Assembly: GCA_002633005.1 (NCBI GenBank)
Contig: NMRA01000197.1
Location: forward strand, 512,587-576,586
DNA from: Phoronis australis
Taxonomy: Eukaryota > Animalia > Phoronida
Reading direction: 5' to 3'
DNA length: 64,000 bases
Position 1 is the first letter of the stretch. Every line of letters begins with the position of its first letter. The notes below the pieces were generated by a model that saw only the letters and a list, made by a program, of their open reading frames with translations, did no database searches and had not been told where the DNA came from. Positions 53,386 to 64,000 of the stretch are shown here, one piece after another. Both the position numbers and the translations under genes were made by a program.

Positions 53386-54515
53386 ACGAGATACGTACAG
53401 GACCCTACCGTCATCTGTTCCACCCCGAATCCATGGTAAACGCGAAAGAAGATGCCGCTAATAACTACGCCCGCGGTCATTATACTATCGGCAAGAAAGC
53501 TATAGACCCAATCTTAGACCGAATACGTAAACTGGCCGACCAGTGCACTGGACTCCAGGGATTCTTGCTCTTCCATTCTTTTGGCGGGGGTACCGGTTCC
53601 GGCTTCACCTCCCTGTTGATGGAGAGGCTCACCGTGGATTACGGGAAGAAGACACAGCTTGAGTTCGCAATTTATCCAGCTCCTCACGTCGCTAATGCTA
53701 TTGTTGAGCCATACAACTCCATTCTGACAACCCATGCCACACTTGAACACTCCAATGTCGCCTTTTTGGTCGACAACGAGGCTATTTACGATATCTGCCG
53801 TCGTAACCTAGATATCGAACGACCATCTTACGCCAACCTCAACCGTTTGATTGCTCTGGTTGTCAGCTCCATCACCGCGTCACTGCGCTTTGAGGGTTCC
53901 CTAAATGTCGATTTGAGCGAGTTTCAGACCAACTTGGTGCCTTTTCCCCGTATTCACTTCCCTATGGCTACATATGCTCCGATCATCTCTGCTGAAAAGG
54001 CTTACCACGAACAAGTGACCGTTGCCGAGATCACCAACGCCTGCTTTGAGTCAGCTAATCAATTGGTGAAGTGCGACCCACGTAATGGCAAGTACATGTC
54101 CTGCTGTCTGCTTTACCGGGGTGATGTTGTTCCCAAGGATGTCAATGCTGCCATTGCTACTATTAAAACCAAGCGTACTATCCAGTTCGTCGACTGGTGC
54201 CCAACTGGATTTAAGGTTGGCATCAATTACCACACATTGACCGCAGTTCCAGGGGGTGACTTAGCTAAAGTCCAGCGCGCCCTGTGTGTCTTGAGCAATA
54301 CCACAGCTATCGCCGAGGCCTGGGCTCGTCTTGATCATAAGTTCGATCTTATGTACGCCAAGCGAGCCTTCGTCCACTGGTACATCCGTGAGGGGATGGA
54401 AGAGGGGGAATTCAGCGAAGCTCGTGAAGATATTGCCGCTCTCGAAAAGGATTACAAAGAGGTTGCTCGCAATACCAAGGGTTCGGAGGAGGAGGCGGAT
54501 GGCGACGAATACTAA
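53386..54515 (+). CDS. TUBA: Alpha-tubulin terminal exon
   Basis: Acceptor tttacag| phase 1; [45 protein letters not shown]-terminal GDEY*. Confidence 0.97.
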
Positions 54516-56349
54516 ATGTTATCTTGATATCACTTTCTACGTCTCAAGAATGTTACTAATTCAGTTTTAAAAAGTTGGAAATCTATATCATACAAATAAT
54601 AGCCAGTTTGAGTTTGTGAAGCTAAGCCCTCGAAACGCTTTAAGACACCAATGAAGAATAAGGAATGATTCGTTAAAATTAACGAAATGGAAATTTGCCT
54701 GGAATAGAATGAATTACTGATAATTCAAAGTTTAAATTATAGAAGACAAAATTAACTAGTAAACAGGAATAAATTAAAACAGATTTAAAAAGGCACAACT
54801 GATTTTGAGGGGACGTTATCGAGGAAAAAGTTGTTTTTTGAAATCATTTTCAACACGGAATCGCAGAACTTGCCCTGCTGTTGGAGCTGAAAAACACGTT
54901 ATCGGGGAGAAGGTTGTTTTTTGAGACCATTTTCAACGCCGAATTGCTGTGGGAGTTGAAAACCATTCGATAAATGGCAAAGTATTTTAAAAACATTGCA
55001 CTGGTTAAGTCCCTGGCCTTGATTTCAGCGAATGTCTGATAGACAACGGCGAAAATTGGCGATTTGTAAGAAAAACACAACATCAACGGATTTGGTTGCT
55101 TTATAGTTCTGGTCAAAGATAACAACTTCAAGAGTATGTACAGTACATCAATAATCCCCGAAACTATTGTTTTGGAGGAGAAACCGCTAATTCATTTGAA
55201 AATTTCCAAACACCAGGTGGTACTTTTTACCAAATTTTTGTGAATAGTATTGATAATGGTCTGAAAAAGATCACTTCGTTGGTACTTGAAATCAAGACTA
55301 CAGAAACGGTAGGCGCAGTTTGATATAGTTTATCAGCCTGTTTTTATTCTCTTATTAAAACTGCACGTCTTTACATATTTCGGAATCAAGTTTACGATCA
55401 CTTTTGTGGATTTTGTTAGAACATAATTCAAGGAATGTCTTTTAGTTATCAAATTTTGGGATTGGATGTTTTCTTGGACAGGTACTTGACCATTAGTTCT
55501 AATGAAATTGTTTCAAAAACTTCATTAGAATTTCGGAGTATTTACCATTACCATTTCACGGTAAAATCAAGCTGATCCCCCGTAAATTATGGATACTTGT
55601 TATGTAATAATCCAAAGAATTGTTAAATTCGTGTTTAATAACAAATTGGTGGGACTGAATTTAGTCGTGGTTAGCCAGCAGCATGTCTCGAACATCAGAA
55701 ATTCTGTGAAAGGTACTAATTTGTCTGATCCTCTGCTTTGCACGGGCGTTGATCTGAAGAGTCTTTTTAAAGGTTGAATGTTGTCATTTCATGTTCGAAT
55801 TATGTATGGAGTATTGCCTGGTATGTGGGATAATACATTATTACCATTTGTCGACCGTTATTGTTTTATCAATGGAATTTCGAACACTTCTGTTTTTTCA
55901 CACATTTAGCAATAGACCCGTCCTGTATCGAACTCTCCTCCGTACGGGAGGTAAAATGTCATTGCATGGCTGACCTGATTCTTAAATGTGGGTCACTCCT
56001 GAGTTCAATAACATGGGGAACAATACAATGCGCACCCAGTCAGGATAACTTTCATTTTAGGTGCCACTTTCTTGATGTCAACATGGCTACTTAAAATGCA
56101 CCACTAGACACAGGGAACCTGGATTATGAGAACCAGTTCCTTCCATTGTGTAATAGGCATCAAAGTGGTTCTCAAAGTTAGGGTGTTTTTGTAGTGCATT
56201 AGTCACTTGTTCGCTTTTAATCTGATTTGAGTCATAACTGTCGGCTAATATTGAAGTGCATTTATTGGGTAACTAAACAGGGCGCTTTCTAATCGAAATT
56301 TGATGATAATTTCCTACAAGTGAGTTTCGGATACAAGTTACGACCCATA

Positions 56350-56786
56350 GTAGATGAAGCCTTACCCCCAGTCACTGTAGAGGCCACAGCTCGCGATGCT
56401 TCTCGCTTCAAAAACACACTTCTCGGGGTCGGCGACGGGGCACTGCCGGGAATCAACAGCGACGGTATGGCACCCTTCTTAAGGCGTTGTTTCGAAGGGA
56501 CCTTCATTAATTAAGCGTGCATATCTCTCTCGTCATCTGACGGCAGAAAATGCTTGCCATACACACGGTAACCCTCCAATGCTTTGAACTTTGCGTTGAC
56601 GGGTAATGCTGCGTTCTTCACACGAACGAGCCAAATGTGTGTCATCGTTCGGAAAGCGATGCAAAAGCACTTTCAAAACGCGCGTGAGATGATAACGAAT
56701 ACATCCTGGTATACAGCAACAGTGTGGCATGTTGACTGACTCGTAAACAAAAGCAAACGACGAACGAACATGTCACAACCGAGGTA
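56350..56786 (-). mobile_element. Truncated copy of the Kolobok-like THAP element
   Basis: Reverse-complement similarity to ~29880-30305; MPHCCCIPGC..LHRFPNDD / RVYGKHF / RLKKGAIPSLLIP. Confidence 0.85.
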
Positions 56787-56860
56787 TTTCGGTCTTCATC
56801 TTCTGTACACATTACTCTATGACTGTGTGCAGGAGTACATTACGGTTTTTGTTGATTAAT

Positions 56861-57078
56861 CATGCGCGCACCAAGGGGGAGGGGGTTCAAATGAGGAGTG
56901 ATCAAAAAAGGTCCACCTAAGATGAACAAAAAGTCCGTGAAAACGAGAAAAAAGTCCACAGGAATTCGGCGAGAATGCGCAATTTATAAGTCTGAACATA
57001 GTACCTCGTTTTTTCAGTAAAATATCCACATACTGAAAAATTCAAGCCTCCCTATATTTTAGGCTTTGTGCGCGCATG
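56861..57078. mobile_element. MITE family B (flanks ttaat / gtaat)
   Basis: catgcgcgcacc ... tgtgcgcgcatg. Confidence 0.8.
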
Positions 57079-57247
57079 GTAATGTATAATCTTTGTTTTC
57101 ACTTAAAGCTCTGAGTTAAGACTAAACTCGATATCTCAAGTTTAAACTCGAGTTTGTAGCCCGATTTTTAGGAACGTACTTCAATAGACCATAACAAGCT
57201 TGAGCACAGAAGTCTATCATCGTGAAAGGTAATAAAGAATAATAAGA

Positions 57248-57476
57248 CATGCGCGCACCCGGGGGGAGGCTAGAATGAGCCCCCCAATTTGGCGAAGTGG
57301 GCAAAAAGGTCGGTCTCAGAGAAAACGAGGCAAAAGTCCACTAAAAAGACGCAGACGCACAATTTACAGTTTTGAAGGTAGAACACTGTTTTTTAGTCCT
57401 GCCGATATCTTGGCAGCAAAAGACCACATCGACAGAAATTCGAGTCCTCCCACATTGAAGGCTGGGTGCGCGCACG
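57248..57476. mobile_element. MITE family B, 5-bp TSD TAAGA
   Basis: taaga|catgcgcgcacccgg ... ctgggtgcgcgcacg|taaga. Confidence 0.85.
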
Positions 57477-60387
57477 TAAGACATCACAAATCTAAAGTTC
57501 GTGTTTAGAGATTATATCCTGGATCCTGAAGCCTAAATCGCACAACCACTTAGAACATGCGAGATGGATTTCAGCGACCGTTGCTATGAAAGCCTAGTTA
57601 TCTGTACATCTTTTTATCACTCATACACTACGATTTTGTACTCCATTGTTTTGCACTACTGCCTAATTATATGTAGAACTCTAGAACTAAGCAACATTAC
57701 TATGGTTCAGGATACAATCATTACTGTAATTTTACCTAACGTCTCTGCTTACGCTTGCGTGGATTTTGTGTTGCCTTTGATTCTCTCTTTTTTCTGTATA
57801 CGTGATACGATAGTTTTCTATGGATGAATATATTTTTGTCATGCGTGACTATGGTCTATGTATTGTGCTTTGCATTCCAGTAGCGACTCTAGATGGCGAC
57901 AAGTATGTGTTTTCATGAATTTTTCGCCTGCGGAATACATCGTAGGTATATGTACTGATGACTTAGTTACGACCTCAAAAGAGCTGAAATTACGTGCAAG
58001 TGATATTGAACACGACGAAAGGCCTTTGAAGCCTACGATCAAGCGAGTCAACACACAGTAGCACTATAAAACGCACCTGATTGATGCCTACCTGTAAAGA
58101 TATTTATTACCTTTTGTTGCAAGTTTTATAGTGTACAATACCAGTTGAAGACGAATCTGTTGGCATCTGAACGCCGATTGCTTAACATTCTATTACTGCA
58201 GTGGAGTGGCCGACTCAGCGACACCTGCATTCTTAATTGTAGACACTGATTTAGTAAGCGAAACTGTTCAAGGAAAGTTGCGTGATTTCGGCATGAAGCC
58301 AAATGATTGAACCTAAAAGAGAGTGCTAAGAACACATGCCATTTCTTTAAACACCAGTGGTGGCGCTCTTGTTCCCAACGAGGGCTCCGCCTTCTATCGC
58401 ATAGTGCACGTGTATGCACTTTTTTAAAAAAACGGCGCGGTTTGATTATTAGTGTCATGAGCATCGTGTTGTATCTGAATCATACTGGGGCACAATTCAC
58501 ATGACAAGAACACTGTTTGACGTATCGTCTGCATGCGTTCCTAAAGATTTTGCGAACACAGTGCTGTTGACAAGAATTACAATCATGTGGGTAACGACTC
58601 CGCTCGTGACAGATATTAATGTTGATTCTTCTTACACAATATCACATGACAATAAATGGCAAATTTCATTTTAGATGACAACTTTTTTTCAATCTCCGAA
58701 GACGACTGCCAATATTGTTATTTTCCAGAGTCCACTTTCTTTAGTTACATAGCAACTATGAAAACGTGTTCCAAAGTCTCTTGTTTAGGGTGCCACTCAC
58801 TACACATAGCAGGGTCACAATATATTTCCTCTGTACAAAGTCCGATATCGCAACCAATGTAATGAGCTATCCAATGTATATTTCAAAGCTACGTATTGGC
58901 TGTTTGCACATTTATTATTTGTCAGAAAACCTTAATCTGCAAATTTCGGATTGGTATAATTAATTGATTGCCTTTTTGTGAATGTCACTGCATCCTGAAT
59001 TTTTACGGAAGATTGTTTTTGTATCAAACAGCATCGAAGGCTCATTTAGTATACAGAGATTTAGAATTTTGTATAGATGCCTAACTAAATTCTCCACAAA
59101 AATCTGTGCTTTTTTAGGTTAGAAATCGTTTCAATCATAAAAATTATTTCTCTGCTGGTTAAACTAGTCATTTTTAACGGCAACCGCTCTGTCTCAATTC
59201 ATTTTTATGTTACTATTAGACTGTGACATTATTCACATTTTGGTAACACTCTTGGTTTTTAGAATTAAAGAATACTTTTTGGACGGTATGCAGAATGATA
59301 TATATATTTAGGTATTATGTTTTTTGTTTTTGCTTCTGGAAATATCATACGCCATCAAAAACTGATAAAGGGCTTTCTAATGATATGAGTCTTATGATAC
59401 TCGTTGAAAAACGGCCATTTTCGAAGTTTTATTGATAGTAAACATACAGAGCAAGAATGCAAACAAACACAGAAGCAACCGAGCACAAAGAAGTTTCACG
59501 CCTGCGCGGCGCAACTTCAGCGTTGCCAGGGTCCGGTCTTATAATCTTTTTACTCGAAATTATGTTTGGCATTTTGTTTTGTACCTTTGTGTGTGCGAAC
59601 TCAAGATTAGTGCCCGTTACTCTATTCTCGAGTACATCATGACTTGTGTGGGTAATTTTTAGTCCTAGCTTGCAGTTGAAAAACCCAACATCAAGGTTAA
59701 AATTCGAATTTGAACTCGAAATTTTGAGTTTTTACTCGAGCATGTAGCCGAAAATAAGGGCCTTTAAATGCAAACTTGGACTACAAACTCACATGCCTGA
59801 ACCATAATGTATCCAAGCACAGTCTGATAACCACTTATACTAGTTCGCACAAAAAGAGCAGAAAAATTGCAGAAAAAATATTTCGATTTCGTTTCGAGTA
59901 CAAAGATTAGAGTCCGGGCCCAGGTCGAATTTCACATTCCAGGACCAGAGTTCTATGATTTAAAATTAAAGAAAATAATTTCAAAACGTTACGAATGGAA
60001 ATTTGATTTTTTTCGCTAAGGGTCGGTTTATTCTGTTTAGCTCATCCTAAGTACTGGTGCAGTGGGGCGTACTCGCCCGTAGACGCAGTACATCACCATT
60101 ATCGTTTTCAATGTTGTGCGCACATATCGTAAATTGAGGTGTATTGGAGCGTAGACGCACACGATGACACGCTGGGCTTGGGGCCTATGCATACCTCCAA
60201 AATTACAACTACAGCATTGATCCTTATGCATACTCCGTTTTTATGCCCTCCTTCATGTGTACCGTTTGTCTGCCTTGAAAAGATCCCAAGCTCGTAATAT
60301 AAACAATCTTTACTCTTGCAATAAGATCTGAACCCATATTTGTATAACAAAGAAAACGAATTATTGTGTTTACGTGTTCCTGCGCCA

Positions 60388-60477
60388 CGATTGGCTGAAC
60401 TCATTAGCTTGATTGACATGTCGGAACTACCCACGTGTCTTGCGTAACGAAACCACCCGTTCGAACAGTATAAAAAA
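60388..60477 (+). promoter_or_regulatory. Putative core promoter: inverted CCAAT, E-box, TTGCGTAA, TATA box
   Basis: attgg 60390-60394; cacgtg 60432-60437; ttgcgtaa 60440-60447; TATAAAA 60469-60475, ~90 nt before ATG 60562. Confidence 0.55.
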
Positions 60478-60561
60478 CTGCCACCACTCCAAATCCACGT
60501 TGCAAAAATCCTAGTTGGAAGCACTAGTGATCTCTGCACACTTCTAATCGACTCGCAAGTG

Positions 60562-60634
60562 ATGAAAACGTTGTTACTGTTCTTCTTGGCCAGTGCCGCA
60601 TCATTGGTGGTGTCGGGTTACCATATCAATGGAG
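60562..60634 (+). CDS. Exon 1 (signal peptide) of small secreted Pro/Tyr/Arg-rich peptide
   Basis: MKTLLLFFLASAASLVVSGYHING then strong phase-1 donor GAG|GTAAGT. Confidence 0.75.
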
Positions 60635-61178
60635 GTAAGTAAAGATAAACACTGTCATAGAAGATCATTTGCTGAAGATTGGCGAATTCGAGTACTACAT
60701 ACTGATTCGTAAAATCAAGCACTTCGTTATTCAAAACGTTCTAAAACGTTCGCCACTAACTATGGTGAAAATAACTTACCAAATAACATTTTAATGATAT
60801 TTTTAACGTTATCAAAATAACGTATCCCTTTTCTGGAGTCGCAGCACCCTAGTTCGGTGTTACTGGGCACTTCAGAGATCAAATAGATTTGTTAAGCTCA
60901 ATATATATTTCACCAACTAGGCTTTTGTCATCTTTTTTATTTAATTTCCTATAACTAGACAAAAATACGTTGCTATAATGGACGAGCGTTTTAGAATACT
61001 GCGCGTTTTTCTGGAGTTCACCAGTCGAAAACTTGCATGATATGATGAGGTAGTGTTTTGCAATGAGCCAATGAACTACCGCGCTGACTTGTCATTGGTA
61101 ATGATTCTGGCTAAACTATCACTATTAGTTTTTCTCCGAAACGAGAGTTGAACATCATATGGGATTGTTTACATGCCA

Positions 61179-61345
61179 ATAGACCTATCGCAAGCTCCGC
61201 CCCCTTGCGTAATGTCAACTAACAAACAATAACTTTTACCCGACAACGCGTTGTTTGTCGGGTAAATTGGCGGCTTGGAAACGAAGGTGTGTCAAAAATG
61301 ATGAGTTCTAAATGGCGTTATTCAAAATCCTGGCGACAGGTCAAT
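61179..61345. mobile_element. Short MITE, copy 2 (homologous to 50122-50298)
   Basis: atagacctatcgcaagctccgcccccttgcgtaatg ... ctggcgacaggtcaat. Confidence 0.75.
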
Positions 61346-62501
61346 ATTGGTAGCACCAAGCGAAATCCATGCTAAACCAATTTTCCAATGAGAAATTAAT
61401 TGTATGTTAACAATGCAGTGCTTTTGCGATTTGTCTTTCTAACACAATAAGTGTTCCAACTGTAAAGGAAGAAACATTGTTGCAAGATTGTCATTCAATC
61501 CACTATAATTCTGATTTGAGGTCAACGCAAAAAGGAAGATATACAAACGCCCAATCCAAAACGTGTAGTAACTTGCATTTGACGAACACTCACCTTATCC
61601 TGTGTTACAAACGATAATAAGAAACGCTAGTAGTCATGTACTTGAACCTTTCGCCGCTTGTTAATAACGAAGTCGATCATCGGCTTGAGAACACAGTGCT
61701 CATGCTACCTTTCTGCAATGAAACCACAAAAAATGTGAAGTTCATCAGAAGGTATCTAGGGCTAACTTGAATGTCTTAATGGTGCAATTACGGCCAATTC
61801 CGTGAATTAATTTGGCTTGGACACAGTCCTAGACCTACCGCAGGTAACTGCTTGCCTAAGACAAGATGAGTGTGTATGTGAGTTACGAACTTGAGTTTTT
61901 GTTAATCAAAATATTTTGCTCGATCATTAGAAAGCATAAACAGTGCTATCGACCAAACCCAGTCTTTTAATAACTCTTTACACTTGCGACATTTACCGAG
62001 CTGACAAGCTATGACATGTGGCTTACACACACACTTATCCTAGAACAAGAAACTTCTGGAACGAGTTGTTGCTGTACCATTCATCAGTTACCCCGTTTTC
62101 ACAATCACACGCGTCAGTAAATGGCTCCAAAACTCGAGTCACCTTGGTATTTCACTGCCCCGGTGTCAGCCACAATTTCAATCTAAAGGACCTGGAAGTC
62201 ACGCCACAGTTTACGGATTTCAAACAAGAGCATTTCCGGTAGCAGAGTGAATAGAGCTTGTGCCTCACAGCTCGTAAGACCAACAGTAAAGACCTCTTGC
62301 GTGTAGGCGTAAGCGTTCACCAGTTCTAACTATTCTTCTCAGTCGCGTTGCATCCAGTTTCGTGCTAATACCCAAACTTACAAACAGTTTAGCAAGTGAT
62401 CATGAGGGAAAATGAAACAAAAGTCCACCATTTTTGCCAATACTTCTTACAAGTACAATTTGTAAAACTCAATTCGTAACTGATGTAATTATTTTTAACA
62501 G

Positions 62502-62662
62502 CAAGGGTACTAGTGCCGTCGCTACGACAAGGGCCGCCTGCACCAGAGTACCCGACGCCGCCATCACCGACACCGTACCGGACGCCGCCGCCGCCGACAC
62601 CGTACCGGACGCCGCCGCCGCCGACACCGTACCGGTCGCCGCCGCTGCCAACAGCACAATAA
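62502..62662 (+). CDS. Exon 2 of small secreted peptide with PTPYRTPPP repeats
   Basis: Acceptor atttttaacag|; phase 1 gives (A)RVLVPSLRQGPPAPEYPTPPSPTPYRTPPPPTPYRTPPPPTPYRSPPLPTAQ*; GC-rich island; AATAAA at 62765-62770. Confidence 0.7.
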
Positions 62663-63278
62663 CCTCCATCAACATGTTGTTTTTCTTAGGTCAGCCACTG
62701 TCTAGATTTTCACCTCCGCTTTGTCATCATAGCTGTAATCAGCAAGATTATGTCTAATCTAGATAATAAAAAGGTACCAAGATAACGTCTAGTGAATTCA
62801 TTATTATTGGATACAATCACAGACTCCCTTTTCTTTGACTTTTCGCTTTTTGGCACTGGTGATAACTCGAGCTCGCTGTCTGGAGTGACTGAAAAAAGGC
62901 GTCCTCCAGTGCAGCGCTGGCTGAGACCAACGAAGGTCTACAAATTGACTTGTCATGGCGTATAATGTTTGCTGTTGTAAATGCTGATCGCCAGATAAAG
63001 TAAAGAATGAATAGAAAGTTTATCGGGTTTAATCCGCAGACGACATTAACAACTACGATTCGGAACCGGAAGAGTTCCAACCAAACACTCTTACGAACAA
63101 TACTAACAATACAATGGCGAATGTTTTCTGTGTGAAGCTTGAGAGCCTCACAGTGTTGGTTATAATGTGTTGGTAGTTATTCTGAGCGCTGAAGACCAAA
63201 CTACTGTGGCCAAACGCAAAAAAAAATCGACACAGATTTTCACTTCAAGATCATGATAATATTAATATCGATATTTAA

Positions 63279-63683
63279 GAGCCATTCCACGAGAAAATCA
63301 GGTGACCGTGTCTTTTAGTAAAATGAAGCAAAACAGAAAGATACACACTGATAGCAAAACATCGGTATCAACATGATTGAATTTCATTTGAAATTAATGT
63401 TATGTGTGCGATCTCAAAACGCCTCTCATTCAAAGGTGACGCATTTTAAAACAACTCCTTAAAGGGTTTGGGAAACTTTGCATAAAGCAAAGCGTATGAA
63501 CATTTCATATGAATCCAATAAGCCAGTTCTGAGATATGATGTTCCGAACTTAGTCAAATTTTAGCATTTTTCTAGGGTCCTACTCATAAATTTAAGCCCA
63601 TTGGTATATTTCTTCGTTGCCAATGTGATATTGTACAGCGTAGCCTTTGTGTAGAAGCGGGTGTTCATTTCTTAGGCTGGCTC
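63279..63683. mobile_element. TTAA-flanked MITE with GAGCCA termini (Kolobok or Sola3 type)
   Basis: ttaa|gagcca ... tggctc|ttaa. Confidence 0.55.
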
Positions 63684-64000
63684 TTAAAGAGATTATCAAC
63701 ATTCGTGTTCTTTTCAAAATTGCAACACTCACTTATTGCATGCAGTGTTGAAGTGGGTGTCACTCAAGTGCTTAAACAACAAGTAGGCGGCGCTGTGGAC
63801 ATTGAAACTTAGGTTGGTGGATAAATCGTGAATATATGAACAAATTTAAGAAATCTCAAATGGGTCAGAGGTTACGCAGGTACAAGTCACCACATATTTG
63901 GCTCATGCCAATACCCAAATTGTTGACGACGTTAGAGACAATTTTAGGCTGACATGAATAATTCATATTATTTTAACGAAATATTTCGATTTGTAATTTA

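Noticed and set aside
62434-62757. Ala-rich ORFs on both strands (antifreeze-like DAAAADTVP / AAAASGTVS)
   Set aside because: Alternative frames of the 27-bp repeat; splice phase with the signal-peptide exon favours the Pro-rich frame, though this is not proven

Overview
AT-rich, intron-containing eukaryotic DNA, most likely from a marine invertebrate (inferred from gene structure and transposon content), with three N gaps. No prokaryotic operons or CRISPR arrays. Host genes I can support: (1) the first coding exon of a GPR158/CG31760-like class C-related GPCR (minus, 13023-13704; no further exons recognised); (2) a divergent two-exon SLC52-type riboflavin transporter (32468-33781 + 37407-37613); (3) a three-exon alpha-tubulin (49300-49302, 51167-51386, 53386-54515) lacking the K40 acetylation site; (4) a two-exon gene absent from the ORF track that encodes a 77-aa secreted peptide with PTPYRTPPP repeats (60562-60634 + 62502-62662), with TATA box and polyA signal. 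The rest is mostly decayed transposons: an ISL2EU-like element (intron-split THAP plus SAP/YqaJ), Kolobok-like THAP elements (one a fold-back), an RNase H-bearing LINE, a Penelope GIY-YIG remnant, a Tc1/mariner fragment, and MITEs, several with 5-bp TSDs. All family calls come from manual motif recognition, not database searches.
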